DNA from: Desulfobacterales bacterium
GTDB lineage: Bacteria > Desulfobacterota > Desulfobacteria > Desulfobacterales > UBA2174
Direction: 5' to 3'
Length of the DNA stretch: 64,000 nucleotides
NCBI GenBank assembly: GCA_963668645.2
Contig: CAXXWC010000003.1
Span: 160,001 to 224,000, forward strand
Under the pieces are notes generated by a model that made no database searches, was not told the origin of the DNA, and saw nothing but the letters and a program-made list of their open reading frames with translations. How positions within the stretch are numbered: position 1 is the first letter of the stretch; each line of letters starts with the position of its first letter. Positions 1 through 11,652 of the stretch are shown one piece after another. A program made the position numbers and the translations under genes.

Positions 1-163
1 ACGCCCGGCTCTGAATCCGCATCCCGTGGGCTGCGACAATCCGGAGCTTAAAATTGACAAAAATAAGTTGAAGCAGCTTTATGATTTGAAACGTCGTAAA
101 CTCGGTGCTATACCGGTCAGCAGGTTTTTTGCATTTTTTCAGGATCGTCGAGGAGACTCTGCC

Positions 164-1324
164 ATGTCCAGCCGCAATCCTTCGCTTTTCACCGTCCTGT
201 TTTTCTGCTTGGCGCTGTTTTTGCCGGCCGCCCTATCAGGCCCTGCGCGGGCCGCGCAAAAGGGCGCCGCCATGCCCCCGCCTCTGGTGACCGTGGCGCC
301 GGTGACCGAAGCCGAGGTCAACCCGCCGGTGGAATATGTCGCGCGGGTCGAGGCCCTGCGGGCGGTAGACCTGCGCGCGCGGGTCGAGGGGGAACTGGAG
401 AAGGTGCGCTTCGAAGAGGGGGCCACCGTCAAGGCCGGCGATCTGCTCTACGTCATCGAGCAGGCCACCTACCGGGCCGAGGCGGACGCGGCCCGGGCCA
501 GGGCGGCCCAGGCCCGGGCCACCCTGGACAAGGCCGAAAAATACGTCAAACGCCTGGAATCGGTGCGCTCTGGAGGGGTTTCGGCTACCGACCTGGAAAC
601 CGCCCAGAGCGATGTGGCCCAAAGCCGTGCAGCCTTTCAGGCGGCCGAGGCCGACCTGGTCCAAAGCGAGATCAACCTGGGCTATACCACCATCGCGGCC
701 CCCATCGCAGGGCGCATCGGCAAGAACGTCTACAGCCGGGGCAACCTCGTCGGCCCGGATAGCGGCGCTTTGGCGCGCATCGTCCAGGTCGATCCGATCC
801 GGGTCGTCTTTTCCGTAAGCGAAAACGATCTTCCCGCCATGATCCGCAAGCGCCGCAGCATGAGCGAGGAGGAGCTGGCCCTAAGTGGAGTGATCCGCCT
901 GCGCCTGCCCGACGGCACGGCTTATCCAAAGATCGGCCGGCCCGATTTTATGGACAACGAAGTCGATCCGGCCACCGGCACCATCGCCCTGCGGGCGCGC
1001 TTCGACAATCCGGAAGGGTTGCTGGTCCCCGGCCAGTACGTCACGATCCTGATCAGCCTCAGCGCCCCGCTACGCCTGCCGGTGGTCCCCCAGGCCGCCG
1101 TACTCGAAGACCGGGAAGGACGCTACGTCTTTGTGGTGGCCGACGACGGGCGGGCCGTCAAACGGCGCATCGAAACGGGCGATCCCCTCGGAACGGTCTG
1201 GGCGGTGAAACAGGGGCTGACCGTTGGCGAAACCATCGTGGTCGAAGGGGTGCAAAAGGTGCGTCCGGGCCAGCCGATCCAGCCCCAGTCCGCCGGGCAG
1301 ACCGCTAAAGGAGCCCAGCGATGA
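164..1324 (+). CDS. RND efflux periplasmic adaptor (membrane fusion protein)
   Basis: ATG at 164 after GAGGAGA RBS; signal-like N-terminus; MFP motifs ([27 protein letters not shown]); stop overlaps the RND permease start. Confidence 0.93.
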   Translation: MSSRNPSLFTVLFFCLALFLPAALSGPARAAQKGAAMPPPLVTVAPVTEAEVNPPVEYVARVEALRAVDLRARVEGELEKVRFEEGATVKAGDLLYVIEQATYRAEADAARARAAQARATLDKAEKYVKRLESVRSGGVSATDLETAQSDVAQSRAAFQAAEADLVQSEINLGYTTIAAPIAGRIGKNVYSRGNLVGPDSGALARIVQVDPIRVVFSVSENDLPAMIRKRRSMSEEELALSGVIRLRLPDGTAYPKIGRPDFMDNEVDPATGTIALRARFDNPEGLLVPGQYVTILISLSAPLRLPVVPQAAVLEDREGRYVFVVADDGRAVKRRIETGDPLGTVWAVKQGLTVGETIVVEGVQKVRPGQPIQPQSAGQTAKGAQR

Positions 1325-4300
1325 TCTCCCGGGTCTTCATCGTCCGCCCGCGCCTGGCCATGGTGATCTCCCTGGTGGTGGTGCTGGCCGGCCTGCTCGC
1401 CCTGCTCAACATCCCCGTGGCCCAGTATCCGGACCGCATCGCGCCGCCCGACATCCGGGTCTCGGCGGTCTACCCCGGGGCCAGCGCCCGGGAAGTGGCC
1501 GCCACGGTGGCCGCCCCCATCGAGGCCGAGGTCAACGGGGTCGAAGACATGCTCTACATGTCCTCGACCTGCAACAACAACGGCGGCTACGATCTTTCGG
1601 TGACTTTCGCCGTCGGCACCGACCCGGACATGGCCCAGGTCAATGTGATGAACCGGATCCAGCAAGCCCAGGCCAAGCTTCCCACGGCGGTGGTGTCCCA
1701 GGGGCTCAGCGTGCGCCAGCGCTCGACGGATATCCTTGGGCTGGTGACCTACTATTCGCCTGAAGGTACCCGCAACCGGCTCTTTTTGAGCAACTGGGTC
1801 ACCATCAACATCCGCGACGCCCTGCTGCGGGTCGAAGGGGTCAGCGAGGTGATCGTCTTCGGGTCGATGGAATACGCCATGCGCATCTGGCTGGATGCCG
1901 AGCGTCTGGCGGCCCTGGCCATGACCCCCGACGACGTCGTCGCCGCAATCCAGTCCCAGAACATCCAGGCCGCGGCCGGCTCCATCGGCACGGCGCCGGC
2001 CGGCGACGACCAGCAGTTGCAGTACATCCTCCAGGCCAAAGGACGCCTGGACAGCCCGCAGGAGTTCGAGGCCATCGTGGTGCGCACCAATGCCGACGGA
2101 GGGGTGGTGCGGCTGCGCGACGTGGCCCGGGTCGAACTGGGCGGCAAGAGCTACGCGGCCGACAGCACCCTCAACGGCCGGCCTTCGGTGCAGATCGGGA
2201 TCTATCAGAAGCCCGGGGCCAACGCGCTGGACACCGTACGGCGCGTCGATCTGGAGCTCGACCGGCTCGCCGCGCGCATGCCGGCCGACGTGGCCTACGA
2301 GCTGACCTACGACTCGACCCGTTTCGTGGCTTCGGCCATCGAGGAAATCGTCTTCACCCTGGGGTTGACCTTCCTGCTGGTGGTGGGGGTCACCTTCTTG
2401 TTTCTCCAGGACTGGCGCGCCACCCTGATTCCGAGCCTGACCATCCCGGTATCGCTCATCGGCACCTTCGCCGTGCTCTTTGCCCTGGACTATACGGCCA
2501 ACACCATCACCCTGTTCGCCCTGATTCTAGCCATCGGCCTGGTGGTGGATGATGCCATCGTGGTGGTGGAAAACGTTCAACGGGTCATCGAGGAGGAGCA
2601 CCTGGACGCGCGCAGCGCCACCATCCGTTCCATGGAGCAGGTCACCGGCCCCATCGTGGCCATGTCCCTGGTGCTGCTCTCGGTCTTTGTGCCGGTGGGG
2701 TTTTTGCCCGGGATCACCGGCCAGCTTTACCGGCAGTTTTCCGTCACCATCTGCGTGGCGGTTCTGCTCTCGGCGGTCAACGCCCTGAGCCTGAGCCCGG
2801 CGTTGTGCAGCATCCTGCTGGGCCGGCCGCGCATTGTGCGCCGCGGCCCCCTGGCCTGGTTTCGCCGGGCCCTGAACGCATCGCGCAACGTCTACGTACG
2901 CTCGGCTGCCTGGCTGGTTCGCCGCACCCTGGTGGCCGGCCTGATCCTGGTGCTGGTGTGCGCTGCCACCGTCCAGCTGTTCAGGACCCGCCCGACCAGC
3001 CTGCTGCCCAACGAGGACCGAGGGGTCCTGATCATTGATATCCAACTGCCCGATGCGGCCGCATTCGGCCGCACGCGCCAGGTGATGGCCCAGCTCAGCC
3101 AGCGCGTGGGGAGCATCCAGGAGATCGATTACATCATCGCCGTGATGGGCTACAGCCTGATCAGCGGTCCGGGTGAAAACGTCGGTTTCGCCTTCGCCGG
3201 GCTGCGCCCCTGGGCCGAGCGCACCGGCCGTGACCAGCAGATCGGGGCCGTACTCGACCGGATCCGGCGTGAAGCCGCCGCGATTCCCGGCGCCCGCATC
3301 AACGCCTTCACCCCGCCGGCCATCTCGGGGCTGGGGGCCTCGGGCGGCTTCGACTTCCGGCTCCAGGCCCTGGCCGGCCAGTCCCCCCGGGAGCTGGCAG
3401 CAGCCCTCAAGGCACTGGTGGTCGAGGCCAACCAGGATCCCAATATCGCCGCGGCCTTTTCCACCTATTCGGCCGACAGCCCCCAGATCTTCGTAGACCT
3501 GGACCGCACCAAGGCCGAGCTTCTCAAGGTGCCGGTCAGCCGGGTTTTCGCTACCTTGCAAAACTACCTCGGCGCCCGCTACGTCAACGACATCAACCTT
3601 TACAGCCGCATCTTCCAAGTGCGTATCCAGGCCGACGCCCCCTTCCGCGATACCGCCGGCGATATCCGCAGGCTCTACGTGCGCAGCGACACCGGGGCCA
3701 TGGTGCCGTTGTCCAGTCTGGTAACGCTGCACAGCATCCTCGGCCCCCAGACCATCAGCCGCCACAACCAGTTCGACGCGGCCACGGTCTTCGGATCGGC
3801 CCGCCCCGGGGTCAGCTCGGGCGACGCGATGAGCGCCATGGCGCGTCTGGCCGCCGGGACCCTGCCCCAAGGCTACGGCTTTGAATGGGCCGGTCTAAGC
3901 TATCAGGAGCAGGCCAGCGGTGGCCAGGGCCCGATTTTGATCATGCTGGCCCTGGTCTTTGCCTACCTTTTCCTGGTGGCCCAGTATGAGAGCTGGACCA
4001 TTCCGCTGCCGGTGATCCTCTCCATCTCGGTGGCGGCCCTGGGCGCCCTGGCCGGGCTCTGGGTGGCGGGCCTGACCATGAGCATCTATGCCCAGATCGG
4101 CCTGGTCCTGCTGGTGGGCCTGGCGAGCAAAAACGCGATTTTGATCGTCGAGTTCGCCCGCGAGCAGCGCCGGGCCGGATACTCGATCCCCGAAGCGGCC
4201 GCCGCCGGCGCACGCATCCGCTTCCGGGCCGTGCTGATGACTGCCTTTTCGCTGATCATCGGCGTTTCGCCCATGGTGGTCGCCACCGGGGCCGGCGCGG

Positions 4301-4476
4301 CCAGCCGGCGCGCCATCGGCACCCCGGTGTTCGCCGGGATGCTGGCGGCCACCTTGCTGGGCATCTTCCTGATCCCGGCGCTCTTTGCCGCTTTCCAGGC
4401 CTGGCGCGAAAGGGCCGGCACCTGGCGCCGGCGGGTGTTCAAGCTGGGGTCAGACGACGAGCCGTCCCGGCGCTGA
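1321..4476 (+). CDS. HAE1-family RND efflux permease (AcrB-like)
   Basis: 1051 aa; [24 protein letters not shown] and RFRAVLMT motifs. Confidence 0.96.
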   Translation: MISRVFIVRPRLAMVISLVVVLAGLLALLNIPVAQYPDRIAPPDIRVSAVYPGASAREVAATVAAPIEAEVNGVEDMLYMSSTCNNNGGYDLSVTFAVGTDPDMAQVNVMNRIQQAQAKLPTAVVSQGLSVRQRSTDILGLVTYYSPEGTRNRLFLSNWVTINIRDALLRVEGVSEVIVFGSMEYAMRIWLDAERLAALAMTPDDVVAAIQSQNIQAAAGSIGTAPAGDDQQLQYILQAKGRLDSPQEFEAIVVRTNADGGVVRLRDVARVELGGKSYAADSTLNGRPSVQIGIYQKPGANALDTVRRVDLELDRLAARMPADVAYELTYDSTRFVASAIEEIVFTLGLTFLLVVGVTFLFLQDWRATLIPSLTIPVSLIGTFAVLFALDYTANTITLFALILAIGLVVDDAIVVVENVQRVIEEEHLDARSATIRSMEQVTGPIVAMSLVLLSVFVPVGFLPGITGQLYRQFSVTICVAVLLSAVNALSLSPALCSILLGRPRIVRRGPLAWFRRALNASRNVYVRSAAWLVRRTLVAGLILVLVCAATVQLFRTRPTSLLPNEDRGVLIIDIQLPDAAAFGRTRQVMAQLSQRVGSIQEIDYIIAVMGYSLISGPGENVGFAFAGLRPWAERTGRDQQIGAVLDRIRREAAAIPGARINAFTPPAISGLGASGGFDFRLQALAGQSPRELAAALKALVVEANQDPNIAAAFSTYSADSPQIFVDLDRTKAELLKVPVSRVFATLQNYLGARYVNDINLYSRIFQVRIQADAPFRDTAGDIRRLYVRSDTGAMVPLSSLVTLHSILGPQTISRHNQFDAATVFGSARPGVSSGDAMSAMARLAAGTLPQGYGFEWAGLSYQEQASGGQGPILIMLALVFAYLFLVAQYESWTIPLPVILSISVAALGALAGLWVAGLTMSIYAQIGLVLLVGLASKNAILIVEFAREQRRAGYSIPEAAAAGARIRFRAVLMTAFSLIIGVSPMVVATGAGAASRRAIGTPVFAGMLAATLLGIFLIPALFAAFQAWRERAGTWRRRVFKLGSDDEPSRR

Positions 4477-4641
4477 GCCGAAAAGGACAGGACGGCTCAC
4501 CCGCTCTGCCCGGCGCCAGGCCCTCGACGGGTTTGTAACCGTCCGGGGCCGGCGCACGACTGAAGAATGAACATCAAAAAATCTGAACGCCGATACGATC
4601 GGCCTTACGGCAATGCCGCCCCATAAAAGAGGCCATTTCCC

Positions 4642-6060
4642 ATGAAACGCCTTGTATGCCTTAAATCATTTTCCGCCGCTGCGGCCTTTTTCCTGCTGGG
4701 CGCCTGCGCCGCCGTGGGACCGGACTACCAGCCTCCGGCCCTTCCTGCGCCGGAGGCCTGGAATACCTCGCTGGAGGACGGCCTGCAGGCCGAGGCGGTT
4801 GCCGCCTCCCAGCTGGCGGTCTGGTGGCGCAACTTCGAGGATCCTGTGCTGGACGAACTGGTAGGCAAGGCCCTGACCGGCAGCCTCGATCTGGCCCAGG
4901 CCAAAGCGCGCGTACGCGAGGCGCGTGCCCGGCGCGGCCTGAGCCAGACCGACCGCTATCCGACTCTCGATGCCGGCGCTGCGGCCAAACGCAGCCAGAG
5001 CAGCGGCGGCGGCCAGGCCCGCAACCTGTACAGCGCTGCCTTCGACGCCGGATGGGAAATCGACGTTTTCGGCGGGGTGCGCCGCGGCATCCAGGCGGCC
5101 CAAAGCGATCTGGAAGCGGCCGAGGCCGGGCTGGACAGCGTTCTGGTATCCTTGACCGCGGAAATCGGAAGCAACTACATCGAGGCGCGCACCTACCAAA
5201 CCCGCCTGGCGGTGGCCGCCGCCAACCTCGATGCCCAGCAGCAGACCTTCGAGTTAATCCGCTCGCGCTATGAAGCCGGATTGAGCGACGAGCTGGCCCT
5301 GCAGCAGGCACGCTACAATCTCGAAGCGTCCCGCAGCCAGATCCCGTCCCTGCGTAGCGGCCTGGCTGCGGCGCGCAACCGCCTGGCTGTGCTGATCGGC
5401 GAATCGCCCGGCGCGGTGGATCGGCTCATGGCCGAAAAACGGCCCGTACCCTCCACCCCGCCCACCGTGGCAGTGGGCATCCCGGCCGAGGCCCTGCGCC
5501 GCCGGCCGGACATTCGCCAGGCCGAACGGCAAATCGCGGCCCAGACCGCCCGCATCGGGATGGCCGAAGCCGAACTTTACCCCAAGTTCCGGCTGGCGGG
5601 CAGCATCGGCCTGGAAGCCTTCAACACCAACGATCTTTTCGAATGGGCCAGCCGCACCTGGAGCGTCGGCCCGGGCATTTCCTGGAAGGTTTTCGATGCC
5701 GGCGCCGTCAAGCGCAACATCGAAATCCAGACCGCGGTCCAGGAGCAGACCCTGGCCGCCTGGGAGGCGACGGTGCTGGGGGCGCTGGAGGAAGTGGAAA
5801 ACGCCCTGTCCACCTACGCCCAGGAACAGGTGCGCCGCGACCATCTGGCCGCGGCGGTGGATGCGGCCCGCCAGGCTGAAGTCCTCGCCAGTCAAAAGTA
5901 CCAGGCCGGCCTGGTGGATTTTTCCAGCGTCCTGGACGCCCAGCGGTCCCTGCTGAGCTACCAGGACCAGTTGGCCACCAGCCAGGGAACGGTCACCGCG
6001 AATCTGATCAAGCTCTACAAGGCCCTGGGTGGAGGATGGCAGGCCGCACCACCGGCCTGA
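4642..6060 (+). CDS. Outer-membrane efflux lipoprotein (NodT/OprM/TolC family)
   Basis: Lipobox LLGAC followed by VGPDY; WEIDVFG, RRPDIRQAE, LYKALGGGW; downstream of RND genes. Confidence 0.95.
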   Translation: MKRLVCLKSFSAAAAFFLLGACAAVGPDYQPPALPAPEAWNTSLEDGLQAEAVAASQLAVWWRNFEDPVLDELVGKALTGSLDLAQAKARVREARARRGLSQTDRYPTLDAGAAAKRSQSSGGGQARNLYSAAFDAGWEIDVFGGVRRGIQAAQSDLEAAEAGLDSVLVSLTAEIGSNYIEARTYQTRLAVAAANLDAQQQTFELIRSRYEAGLSDELALQQARYNLEASRSQIPSLRSGLAAARNRLAVLIGESPGAVDRLMAEKRPVPSTPPTVAVGIPAEALRRRPDIRQAERQIAAQTARIGMAEAELYPKFRLAGSIGLEAFNTNDLFEWASRTWSVGPGISWKVFDAGAVKRNIEIQTAVQEQTLAAWEATVLGALEEVENALSTYAQEQVRRDHLAAAVDAARQAEVLASQKYQAGLVDFSSVLDAQRSLLSYQDQLATSQGTVTANLIKLYKALGGGWQAAPPA

Positions 6061-6368
6061 TGCCTGCCGCCTCGCAGGGGATATCGCGGCGGAACCTCAT
6101 CCAGACCGCCCAAGCCGCGATCAGCCGGCCGTCTGGTCGCCCCCCAGGACGATGCACCGCCGCCTTGGCCGTGGCGGATCGGTTCCAGCCCTCTTCCTTC
6201 CCTCCGGAATAAGCCCGGCCGGCAAACCGCCTGTGGCGATTGCCTTGGAAACAGTGTACTATTGCCTACTAAGTAGAAATCCAAACAGTGAACGATAACG
6301 CCCTTGATTCCCGATGCCGATCGGTGTGCACCGCCCGGCTTCATTTAAGCACGGACGGACGACCATCC

Positions 6369-7553
6369 ATGCCTACGAAACGAATCTTTCCCTTGCTCGT
6401 CCTATTGGCGGCCTTCCCGCCGCTTTCCACCGACATGTACCTGCCGGCCATGCCGACCTTGCAGCGCATCTGGCACCAGCCCGTGACCATGGTCAACCTG
6501 ACCTTGATCGTTTTCTTCGTGGCGTTCTGTTTCGCGCTGCTCTTCTATGGACCGGTATCGGACCGCTATGGCCGCCGGCCGCCGCTTCTGGCCGGCGTGA
6601 GCCTTTATGTCGCGGCCAGCATTGCCTGTGCCGCAGCCCCGGGGGTGGAATGGATGATCGGCGCCAGGGTGCTGCAAGCCCTGGGCGGGGCCAGCGCCGC
6701 GGCCCTGTCCATGGCCGTTACCAAAGACATCTATGACGGCCTCAAGCGCGCCCGAATCATCGCCCATATTGCGGTGGTTCTGGCCCTGGCCCCTATGCTG
6801 GCACCAATGATCGGCGGCTGGCTGCTCTCATGGACGTCCTGGCGGGGGATCTTCCTGGTCCAGGCCGCCATGGGGCTGACCGCCATGATCGGCGTCTGGC
6901 GCATGCCCGAAACCCTGCCGGTGGCAGCGGCAGCAGGGGTGGGAAAGGTGGCGGCCGGCTATCTGCGGCTTTTTAAAAACCGCCGCTTCAGCAGCATCAC
7001 CTTTTCCACCTCGCTGTTGGCGCTGCCGGCCTTCGCCTTTATCGCCGGCTCGGCGGACATCTACATCAACCACTTCGGGTTGACGCCCCAAAAATTCAGC
7101 TATTTTTTCGGCTTCAACGCCACCGGCCTGATGCTCGGCCCCCTGGCCTTCACGCGCCTGTGCCGGAAAATGCCCACCGCACGGTTGATCACCATCGGCT
7201 ACGCCGGCATCTGTCTCGGCGGGCTGTTGATGCTGATCGACCCCGGCGCCGGCGGCCCCTGGCACTTGGCCCTTTGCAACTGGGCCATGGCCTTTTCCTT
7301 CGGTTTGTGCCGCCCGCCGGTCAACAACCTGGCCCTTGAGCAGGTCCACCAGGACGCCGGGGCCGCCTCCTCGCTGCTCGTTTTCACCTACATGTTGGTG
7401 GGTGCGGCCGGGATGGGGCTGATCTCTTTGGACTGGAGCGACAAGGTCGCCTTGCTCGGATGGTTGGGCCTGCTGGCCGGTGGGGCGAACTTTTTTTTCT
7501 GGTTGCGCTTTAAAGACTGCTTCCGCCCGCGCCGCCCCCTGCCGGGGCCGTGA
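6369..7553 (+). CDS. Bcr/CflA-family MFS multidrug efflux transporter
   Basis: STDMYLPA and GPVSDRYGRRP motifs; many hydrophobic segments; start chosen at MPTKRIF. Confidence 0.9.
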   Translation: MPTKRIFPLLVLLAAFPPLSTDMYLPAMPTLQRIWHQPVTMVNLTLIVFFVAFCFALLFYGPVSDRYGRRPPLLAGVSLYVAASIACAAAPGVEWMIGARVLQALGGASAAALSMAVTKDIYDGLKRARIIAHIAVVLALAPMLAPMIGGWLLSWTSWRGIFLVQAAMGLTAMIGVWRMPETLPVAAAAGVGKVAAGYLRLFKNRRFSSITFSTSLLALPAFAFIAGSADIYINHFGLTPQKFSYFFGFNATGLMLGPLAFTRLCRKMPTARLITIGYAGICLGGLLMLIDPGAGGPWHLALCNWAMAFSFGLCRPPVNNLALEQVHQDAGAASSLLVFTYMLVGAAGMGLISLDWSDKVALLGWLGLLAGGANFFFWLRFKDCFRPRRPLPGP

Positions 7554-7631
7554 TTTTGAAAACGCACGCCGCAGCCTCCTTCCTTCTCATGCCCGGGGCC
7601 GTGGGGGCCAGATGCCAGAAGCGGGATCCGG

Positions 7632-10600
7632 CTAGCCCTCCAGCGCCGCTTTGACCTGTGCGGCCAGCGCCTCGCGCGAAAAGGGCTTCTCAATGAAATG
7701 GACCCCGGCATCCAACACCCCGTGGTGAGCGATGGTGTTGGCCGTGTAGCCGGACATGAACAAGACCTTGAGTTGCGGATACATTTCATGCAGCCGGGCC
7801 GCCAGGTCCCGGCCGTTCATTTCGGGCATCACCACGTCGGTGATCAGCAGATCCACCCTGCCGCCATGGGCCTCGGCCAGGCGGATCGCCTCGGCCGGAC
7901 CGCCGGCCGACAACACCGTATAGCCCAGCCCCCCCAGAATGATCTGCGCCAGCTTGAGCACCGACACTTCGTCTTCCACCACCAGGATCGTCTCGCCCCG
8001 GCCGGCAGCTTCCTGCCCCGCCGGAGGAGCCTCGTGCACCTCGACCTTGCCGGAGTGGCGCGGCAGGTAAATCCTGAAGGTCGTCCCTTGCCCCGGCTCG
8101 CTGTAGACGTTGATAAATCCCTCGTTCTGCTTGACGATCCCGTACACCGTGGCCAAGCCCAGACCCGTGCCCCGGCCCATCTCCTTGGTGGTGAAAAACG
8201 GCTCGAAAAGATTGGCCAGGGTTTCCTGGTCCATCCCCCGGCCGTTGTCGCTCACCGCAAGCATCACATACTCGCCGGGCACAAAACCCGGGTGGTCATT
8301 GCAGTAAACCGCGTCGAAGACCGCATTGTCCGTCCCGATGCCCACCTTGCCCACCCCGTCGATGGCGTCCCGGGCGTTGACCAGCAGGTTGGCCAGAATC
8401 TGGTTCAGCTGGCTCGGATCAATCTTTATCGGCCACAGGCCATCCTCGGGCAGCCACTGCAGGTCGATGTCCTCGCCGATCAGCCGCCGCAGCATTTTAA
8501 GCATCCCCTCCACCGTGTCGTTCAGATCCAGTACATGAGGAACGATGGTCTGTTTGCGTGCAAAGGCCAGCAACTGACGCGTGATGTCGGCCGAACGATT
8601 CGCCGCGGCAAGAATCTCGTCCAGATCCTCCACCAGCGAATCATCCGCCGCGATCTTCTGCTTGGCCAGTTCCGTATAGCCCATAATCACGCCGAGCATG
8701 TTGTTGAAATCGTGGGCCACTCCGCCGGCCAGGCGGCCCACGGCCTCCATCTTCTGGGCCTGGTGCAGCTGCTCCTGAAGCTTGATCTTTTCCTTTTCGG
8801 CCTGCTGGCGTTCGGTGACATCCACCAGCACCACCAGGTTGAACTGCCCGGCGGCGGCCATGCGAAACTCGACCTGGCGCACGCTGCCGTCCTTGCAGGT
8901 TACCGGGTGTTGCATCGGCTTGATTTCCGAGAGGGAATTTCTGGCCCGGGTTACCGCTGCTTCCCACTCCTGGCGGAAACGATTTCTCAGTACGGGGTCC
9001 GGATAGGCAAGCTGCCACCACTCCCTGACCGAGGGCATATCCAGAGCGGTATAGCCGAACAGGGCCGAAAACTTCGGACTGGCATAAATCACCCTTTCTT
9101 CCAGATCCGAAATCACGATCGCCACCGGCGCCAGTTCGGCAAACTGCCGGAATCGCAACTCACTTTCCCGCAGGGCCGCCTCGCTCCGCTTACGATCGGA
9201 AATATCCCGCGTTGTCCCTTGAAGCGCCACGGCTTGACCGGTCTGGTCATAGATAACCTTACCATGGATTTCGATCCAGAACGCTTCACCGTTCTTTTTG
9301 AGCATTTCGGTTTCGAAAAAGGCACCCGTACCTTCCGGCCCCTTTTCCATCTCGGCAAGGATCACGCCCACCGTGTGAGCAAAACTTTCTTCGTCGCAGT
9401 GGTCCGAAAGGGCCGATCCGATCCACTCCTCCGGCCTGTGGCCGGTCATGGCGAAAACGGCCGGGTTGACGTAGGTGAACTCGAGATCAAGATTCATGGT
9501 CCAGATAACGTCGAGCGTGTTTTCGGCCAGCAACCGATAGCGGCTTTCGCTTTGGCGCAACTCCTCTGTCTGTTTGGCCACCTGGCGGCGTAGCGTCCTA
9601 GTCCAGACGAACAGGGCCAGTACAACCGCCAGCAAAGGCAGAGCACCCAAGGCGACGGCCCGTAGAACCTGATTCAAATTTTGCTGCGAGGGCTCGTAGA
9701 CGCCCAGCCACCGATCGTAGATGCGCTGGTACTCGCCTTTTTTTTCAAGAACCTGCAGCCCCTCGCTGAGGCTGGCCAGCATGGCCTTGTGGCCGTTGGG
9801 CACTGCATAGCCGTATCCGGGCGAAAGCAGCGGCCGCTGGGCGACCATAAGGTTGTGCCAGCCGTGCTTTTCGATCCAGTAAAAGGCGGTGAGTCGCGAC
9901 ACCAGGGCGCAATCGTGCTTGCCGGCAGCCAGCTCCCGAAGCGCCTCTTCCTGGGTTGCGACAGGCACCACCCAAGGGCCCAGTCCGTTGTCTTCGGCGA
10001 AATCGTGCATGATGTCGCCGCGTTCGACCACGAGCCGCTTGCCGGCCAGTTCCGGCACGCTCGACGGCGGCGCAACCTGTCCCCGGCGCACCACTGCGAC
10101 ACAGTGATTGACGATGTGAGGCGGACTGAAATCGAAGGTCAAATCCCGATGGGGCGAGTAGAACATCCCTTGGATGGCGTCGATTTCGCCCTTTTCCAAA
10201 CCGTTGAGGATTTCGGTCCAGGGGCCGAGCCGAATCTCGATGTCCAGTCCCATCTCAAGGGCGATGGCCCGGGTCAGTTCCACGTTGTAGCCCGCCGGCC
10301 GGCCCTGCCCATCCAGATATTCGTAAGGCGGATAATTCTCGTCCCCGCCGATCACGATGCGCCGGTTGACCGGCAGCTCCAGGGCCGCGAACCACTTGGC
10401 GTGCAGGTGCCGGTAGGTCCCGTCGGCGGTTACCAGGGCCAGTCCCTCGTTTAAAAGTGCCAGGGTGTCGCGGTCGCCTTCGCGTACCGCAAAACAAAAA
10501 TCCTGCCGGAAGTCTTCGACGGGCCGGTTGATCACTTTCAGATTCTTCAGCCCGGTTTCCTGGATCAACCGCACGGCCACCAGACGCTGCACGAACACCG

Positions 10601-11132
10601 CGTCATAGCTTCCGGCGGCCAATTGCCGCAGGGCATCTTCAAAGGTGGCAGTGGTGTGGATCTGGATGCCCCGTTTTTTGCGACTTAAAAACTCCTCGGC
10701 GGTATCGCCTTTCATCACCGCCACCGATCTGCCCCGCAGATCGGAAAGGACCTGAATATCGCTGGTCCCGGCGCGCACCACGATGGCCCCGCTCTGCGAC
10801 ATGTAGGGAAAAGTAAAATCGAAGATCGCATCGCGCTCCGGTGTTCGCCCTACCAGGGGCAGGGCCTGCACCTGGCCGTGTTCCAGCCACCCTTTGACCT
10901 CATTCCAGGGACCGGTGCGAAAACTCACCTCACGGCCCATGGCCTTGAGCGCGGCTTGCATCAGCTCCACGGAAAAACCTCCGACCCGGCCGCTGTCATC
11001 CACGATGCAAAAGGGCGGATACGCGATTTCACTGGCCGAAAGGATGGGGTCCGCGGCGCTGACGCGGCTCGGGAGCGCTACGGCAAAGGCCCAAAAGGAT
11101 AGAATCGACGCCAGGATTGCAGCGCGCTTCAT
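7632..11132 (-). CDS. Hybrid sensor histidine kinase (two extracytoplasmic solute-binding domains, two PAS, HisKA, HATPase, receiver)
   Basis: Two YPPF/YPPY SBP-family-3 repeats, TM helix, PAS motifs, H-box [16 protein letters not shown], receiver [10 protein letters not shown]; start uncertain (11132 or upstream). Confidence 0.92.
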   Translation of the reverse strand: MKRAAILASILSFWAFAVALPSRVSAADPILSASEIAYPPFCIVDDSGRVGGFSVELMQAALKAMGREVSFRTGPWNEVKGWLEHGQVQALPLVGRTPERDAIFDFTFPYMSQSGAIVVRAGTSDIQVLSDLRGRSVAVMKGDTAEEFLSRKKRGIQIHTTATFEDALRQLAAGSYDAVFVQRLVAVRLIQETGLKNLKVINRPVEDFRQDFCFAVREGDRDTLALLNEGLALVTADGTYRHLHAKWFAALELPVNRRIVIGGDENYPPYEYLDGQGRPAGYNVELTRAIALEMGLDIEIRLGPWTEILNGLEKGEIDAIQGMFYSPHRDLTFDFSPPHIVNHCVAVVRRGQVAPPSSVPELAGKRLVVERGDIMHDFAEDNGLGPWVVPVATQEEALRELAAGKHDCALVSRLTAFYWIEKHGWHNLMVAQRPLLSPGYGYAVPNGHKAMLASLSEGLQVLEKKGEYQRIYDRWLGVYEPSQQNLNQVLRAVALGALPLLAVVLALFVWTRTLRRQVAKQTEELRQSESRYRLLAENTLDVIWTMNLDLEFTYVNPAVFAMTGHRPEEWIGSALSDHCDEESFAHTVGVILAEMEKGPEGTGAFFETEMLKKNGEAFWIEIHGKVIYDQTGQAVALQGTTRDISDRKRSEAALRESELRFRQFAELAPVAIVISDLEERVIYASPKFSALFGYTALDMPSVREWWQLAYPDPVLRNRFRQEWEAAVTRARNSLSEIKPMQHPVTCKDGSVRQVEFRMAAAGQFNLVVLVDVTERQQAEKEKIKLQEQLHQAQKMEAVGRLAGGVAHDFNNMLGVIMGYTELAKQKIAADDSLVEDLDEILAAANRSADITRQLLAFARKQTIVPHVLDLNDTVEGMLKMLRRLIGEDIDLQWLPEDGLWPIKIDPSQLNQILANLLVNARDAIDGVGKVGIGTDNAVFDAVYCNDHPGFVPGEYVMLAVSDNGRGMDQETLANLFEPFFTTKEMGRGTGLGLATVYGIVKQNEGFINVYSEPGQGTTFRIYLPRHSGKVEVHEAPPAGQEAAGRGETILVVEDEVSVLKLAQIILGGLGYTVLSAGGPAEAIRLAEAHGGRVDLLITDVVMPEMNGRDLAARLHEMYPQLKVLFMSGYTANTIAHHGVLDAGVHFIEKPFSREALAAQVKAALEG

Positions 11133-11652
11133 CCCTGGTCGGAACCCTTGCGGATGTCGGGGATGCCTGCTCATGAATATCTTTGTCGACGGCCAGCCAT
11201 AAAAAACGCTTGGCTTGGCGATTGTGGAATGGAGGGATTGACGCCGTTTACCGATACCGGACCGCAAACCGCCTCTCAACCATCCATGCGTCCGATAGCC
11301 CGGTATCGCGGGGTATGTGCCATGCCGGACTATCTTGAGAGGTGAGTCTAAAGCTTACCATGAGTATGAAAAGATAGCCAGAACCGGGTGGTTCATGATG
11401 CCGGTACCGGTAAAAAGGGTGCGAGCCGCGGTCCGCTAAATGCCGCAAGGCGGTGGGAGGGTAAAACGGCCGCTCTGCTTACCGAGGGTTGTTGGAACGA
11501 TGGGAGGATGGGAAAGCCGCCAAGGCGCGGTTCGCCCCTGCCTTCCCATCCTCAAAGGCAACCTCAAGACCGGCCGGGAAAATGGTGCAGTGTAGCCCCG
11601 CAGGGGAGCGTCGATTGTCCATTGCGTTCCCGCAAGGCCGGGCCGAACCACT

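Noticed and set aside
7698..9593. Long antisense ORFs (7698-9593, also 2527-3870, 45647-47437, 50812-52158, 59869-61269)
   Set aside because: Shadow frames opposite well-supported genes in GC-rich DNA; no motifs
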